Source of the DNA: a virus
Taxonomy: Duplodnaviria; Caudoviricetes
Length of the DNA stretch: 26,049 nucleotides
Strand: one strand, 5' to 3'
Virus record (IMG/VR): IMGVR_UViG_3300020044_007581
Span: 1 to 26,049 of that record
Shown here: one piece after another, positions 23,818 to 26,049 of the stretch
How positions within the stretch are numbered: position 1 is the first letter of the stretch
How the letters are laid out: the number at the start of each line of letters is the position of its first letter
The notes under the pieces: generated by a model
The model's database searches: none
Seen by the model: the letters and a program-made list of their open reading frames with translations, nothing else
Told to the model about the DNA's origin: nothing
Translations under genes and position numbers: made by a program

Positions 23818-25680
23818 ATGACAATTACCAAGAAGATCGCACTACTTTTCCTTGGAGCCATGGGCCTCGCCTATGGCACCGACTGCACTATCTCCGACAC
23901 CGTGCGCACGCCGTTTGGCGGGTACTTCGCGGGCAAAATAACGGTGGTACTCAACTCCCCATCGCTGGCCCAACCCCTCTACAGTGGCAGCCAAACCCTC
24001 ACCGGCTGGCAGACCACCATTGACGTCCCCGCGTCGGCCAATGGCGCGGTTGCGGTGACGCTCGTTTGCACGGACTCCATCACTCCCAGCGGGACGAGCT
24101 ACGCGGCGCGCTACCAGCCGACGAGCGGCGCCGGGTGGGCGGAAACCTGGACGCCGGCAACGGGCACCACGACGATCCGCGCCATGCGCGCCACCACCGT
24201 CCCATCCCCGACCGTCACCTTCCAGCCGTCGCAGATCGCCCCTGGCAGCAGCGGCCAAGTGCTGACCACCTCGGGCGGGGCGGCAGTGTGGGCGGCTTCG
24301 TCAGGTGGCGTTACATCGCTGAACGGCACGGCCAACCAGATCACCGCCAGCGCGTCGACTGGCGCGGTCACGCTGTCGCTTCCCGCAACCATCACCGGGC
24401 TCACGTCGGTGACCTCGACGGGGTTTACCGGCGCCCTCACCGGCAACGCTTCGACAGCCACCGCGCTCGCCTCAACACTGACGACCGGCCAAATCCTTTT
24501 CGGCCAGGGCACAGGGGTTCCAACGTCAGAGAGTGATTTGTATTGGGATTCCGCAGCGAATGAGCTAGGTATCCGCCAAAGCACCCCGGTGGCGCCGCTG
24601 CACGTTGGCAACTCTACCACCAACGGTTCCACCGACGCGCAAATTCTGATTTCTCGCTTGGTCAACGATGCGTCAGGCACGGGCAACGGACATGCGTTCG
24701 CCGATTCATCCACCGTCAGCCGGTCTGGCACCATCGGATACAACTCGTTTGATGCCCGTTCGACGGTTTCCGGCTCCTCAAATTACGACCACTACGCGGC
24801 GTTCCAGGTGCAATCGAGCCACGCGACGGTCGGAACTACCACACATCTATACGGGTATTTTTTCGGGCCAACTGTTAGCGCTGGTTCCGTCACAAATGTC
24901 TACGGAACCTATATTACGGGCGTGAACTCTGGGAGCCGGGCGGTCAATGTGTACGGCCATTACATCGCGGACCAGACGACCGGAACCACCTCAAACTGGG
25001 CTGTATATGCGGCGGGAACAACCAAGAGTTTCTTTGGCGGAGGCGTCACGCTTGGAGGAACGACGCAAACCACCAGTCTGCCGCTGGTGGACGGGTCGCA
25101 GACGTGGAACGCCGGTGGCGTGACATTTACCGGGCTCAAGGTCAATATCACTAACACGGCAAGCGCAGCCGCGTCGAAAGTCTTTGATTTTCAGGTTAAC
25201 TCTGTTTCCTACCTGTCCATGGCGCCATCTACCGGCCTTGTATCGGTCGCGGGCGGCTTGCCTGCTGGTGGAGACATAAGTGGCAATAACTGGCTAGGCG
25301 TCGGCAACGTCCGCGCAGGTGCGTCGCAATCCGTGTTTTTCACTGGCAGGACAATCATCAGCAGTCCAGCTAATGGAGATTTACTGTTATGGAACACTGG
25401 AGGAACTGACTTTGGGCTAATTAAACTTGGTGGTATCACCTCCAGTTTTCCGGCCCTGAAGCGCGCGGGAACGGCTTTACAAGTTCGCCTTGCCGATGAC
25501 TCCGCGTTTACCGAATTGTCCGCCGCCGCGTTCCAGTGGCAGACCGGCACGCGGCCAACGTGCAACAGCGGCAACCGGTTCAAGGTCTGGGCTGTCGCCG
25601 GCGGGGCGGGCGTACTCGATACGTTCGAGTTGTGCAGGAAGGACGCAGCCGATGCGTATGCCTGGGTGACGCTGTTCTAG
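23818..25680 (+). CDS. Second fibre/adhesin-like virion-type protein with N-terminal signal peptide
   Basis: Start moved to ATG 23818 (AAAGGG upstream), giving 620 aa that begin MTITKKIALLFLGAMGLAYG-TDC. Has fibre motifs GQVLTT.GG...W, GVTSLNG, FTGALTGNASTATALA, and LGI.QSTP.APLHV. Four Cys in two terminal pairs. Confidence 0.7.
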   Translation: MTITKKIALLFLGAMGLAYGTDCTISDTVRTPFGGYFAGKITVVLNSPSLAQPLYSGSQTLTGWQTTIDVPASANGAVAVTLVCTDSITPSGTSYAARYQPTSGAGWAETWTPATGTTTIRAMRATTVPSPTVTFQPSQIAPGSSGQVLTTSGGAAVWAASSGGVTSLNGTANQITASASTGAVTLSLPATITGLTSVTSTGFTGALTGNASTATALASTLTTGQILFGQGTGVPTSESDLYWDSAANELGIRQSTPVAPLHVGNSTTNGSTDAQILISRLVNDASGTGNGHAFADSSTVSRSGTIGYNSFDARSTVSGSSNYDHYAAFQVQSSHATVGTTTHLYGYFFGPTVSAGSVTNVYGTYITGVNSGSRAVNVYGHYIADQTTGTTSNWAVYAAGTTKSFFGGGVTLGGTTQTTSLPLVDGSQTWNAGGVTFTGLKVNITNTASAAASKVFDFQVNSVSYLSMAPSTGLVSVAGGLPAGGDISGNNWLGVGNVRAGASQSVFFTGRTIISSPANGDLLLWNTGGTDFGLIKLGGITSSFPALKRAGTALQVRLADDSAFTELSAAAFQWQTGTRPTCNSGNRFKVWAVAGGAGVLDTFELCRKDAADAYAWVTLF

Positions 25681-25689
25681 GGAGGCATC

Positions 25690-26049
25690 ATGATTCTCGC
25701 GCTCACTATCCTCCTCACCTGGGCAGACGCCGCCAACCCGCCCAACACCACGTATCACGTTTATCGCGCTGGCGGCGGCTGTGGCGACGGCGCGCCATTC
25801 GAGCGACTGACCACCGCACCGCAGCCCACCAAGAGCTACAAAGACACCCCGCCCTCTGGCACCTACTGTTATCAGGTGACGGCAATTGTGGACGGGGTGG
25901 AGTCGGACCCATCTCCAAAGATCAGGGTGCAAAAGCCCGTCCCGCCCAGTGCTCTCAAGATCGCTCCCGTGCGAAGGGCTGTTCCGCCATCGACACCAGC
26001 CGCGTTCTGGGTGAGTTGGTATCGCCCGCCGAGGGGATCGCCTACACCG
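25690..26049 (+). CDS. Fibronectin type III-like domain protein (open at window end)
   Basis: GGAGG RBS at 25681. Reads LLTW......TYHVYR......F..LT..P....SYKD.....TYCYQVTA...GVES.PS. No stop codon before the edge. Confidence 0.7.
   Translation, partial: MILALTILLTWADAANPPNTTYHVYRAGGGCGDGAPFERLTTAPQPTKSYKDTPPSGTYCYQVTAIVDGVESDPSPKIRVQKPVPPSALKIAPVRRAVPPSTPAAFWVSWYRPPRGSPTP

Noticed and set aside
25690-25735. Signal peptide on the FN3-like protein
   Set aside because: The hydrophobic ILLTW is probably the first FN3 beta-strand, and there is no basic n-region. Left as uncertain.
1-26049. tRNA, rRNA, CRISPR array, integrase/att site
   Set aside because: None recognised by eye. The window is almost fully coding.

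Overview
The window is a GC-rich tailed-phage (siphovirus-like, HK97-type head) late region. It holds terminase, portal, prohead protease, major capsid protein, head-tail and tail genes, a -1 frameshifting tail chaperone, tape measure protein, a hub-like protein, two large Ser/Thr-rich fibre/spike-like proteins and holin-like genes. Five things stand out. (1) Four glycosyltransferase-like genes and an FkbM methyltransferase sit between the capsid and head-tail connector genes, a candidate virion glycosylation system, interrupted by an antisense HNH endonuclease. (2) Both fibre-like proteins and two small genes after the first fibre begin with Sec-type signal peptides and carry even numbers of cysteines, suggesting export and oxidative folding of virion-type proteins. 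(3) Ser-Pro motifs recur in the structural proteins. (4) A small antisense two-gene unit has a leaderless promoter and a palindromic operator. (5) The terminase genes lie inverted between two 445-bp inverted copies of the terL-end/portal-start; this is most likely an assembly or amplification chimera, because terS loses its 5' end at the junction. All calls come from motif recognition by eye; no searches were run.
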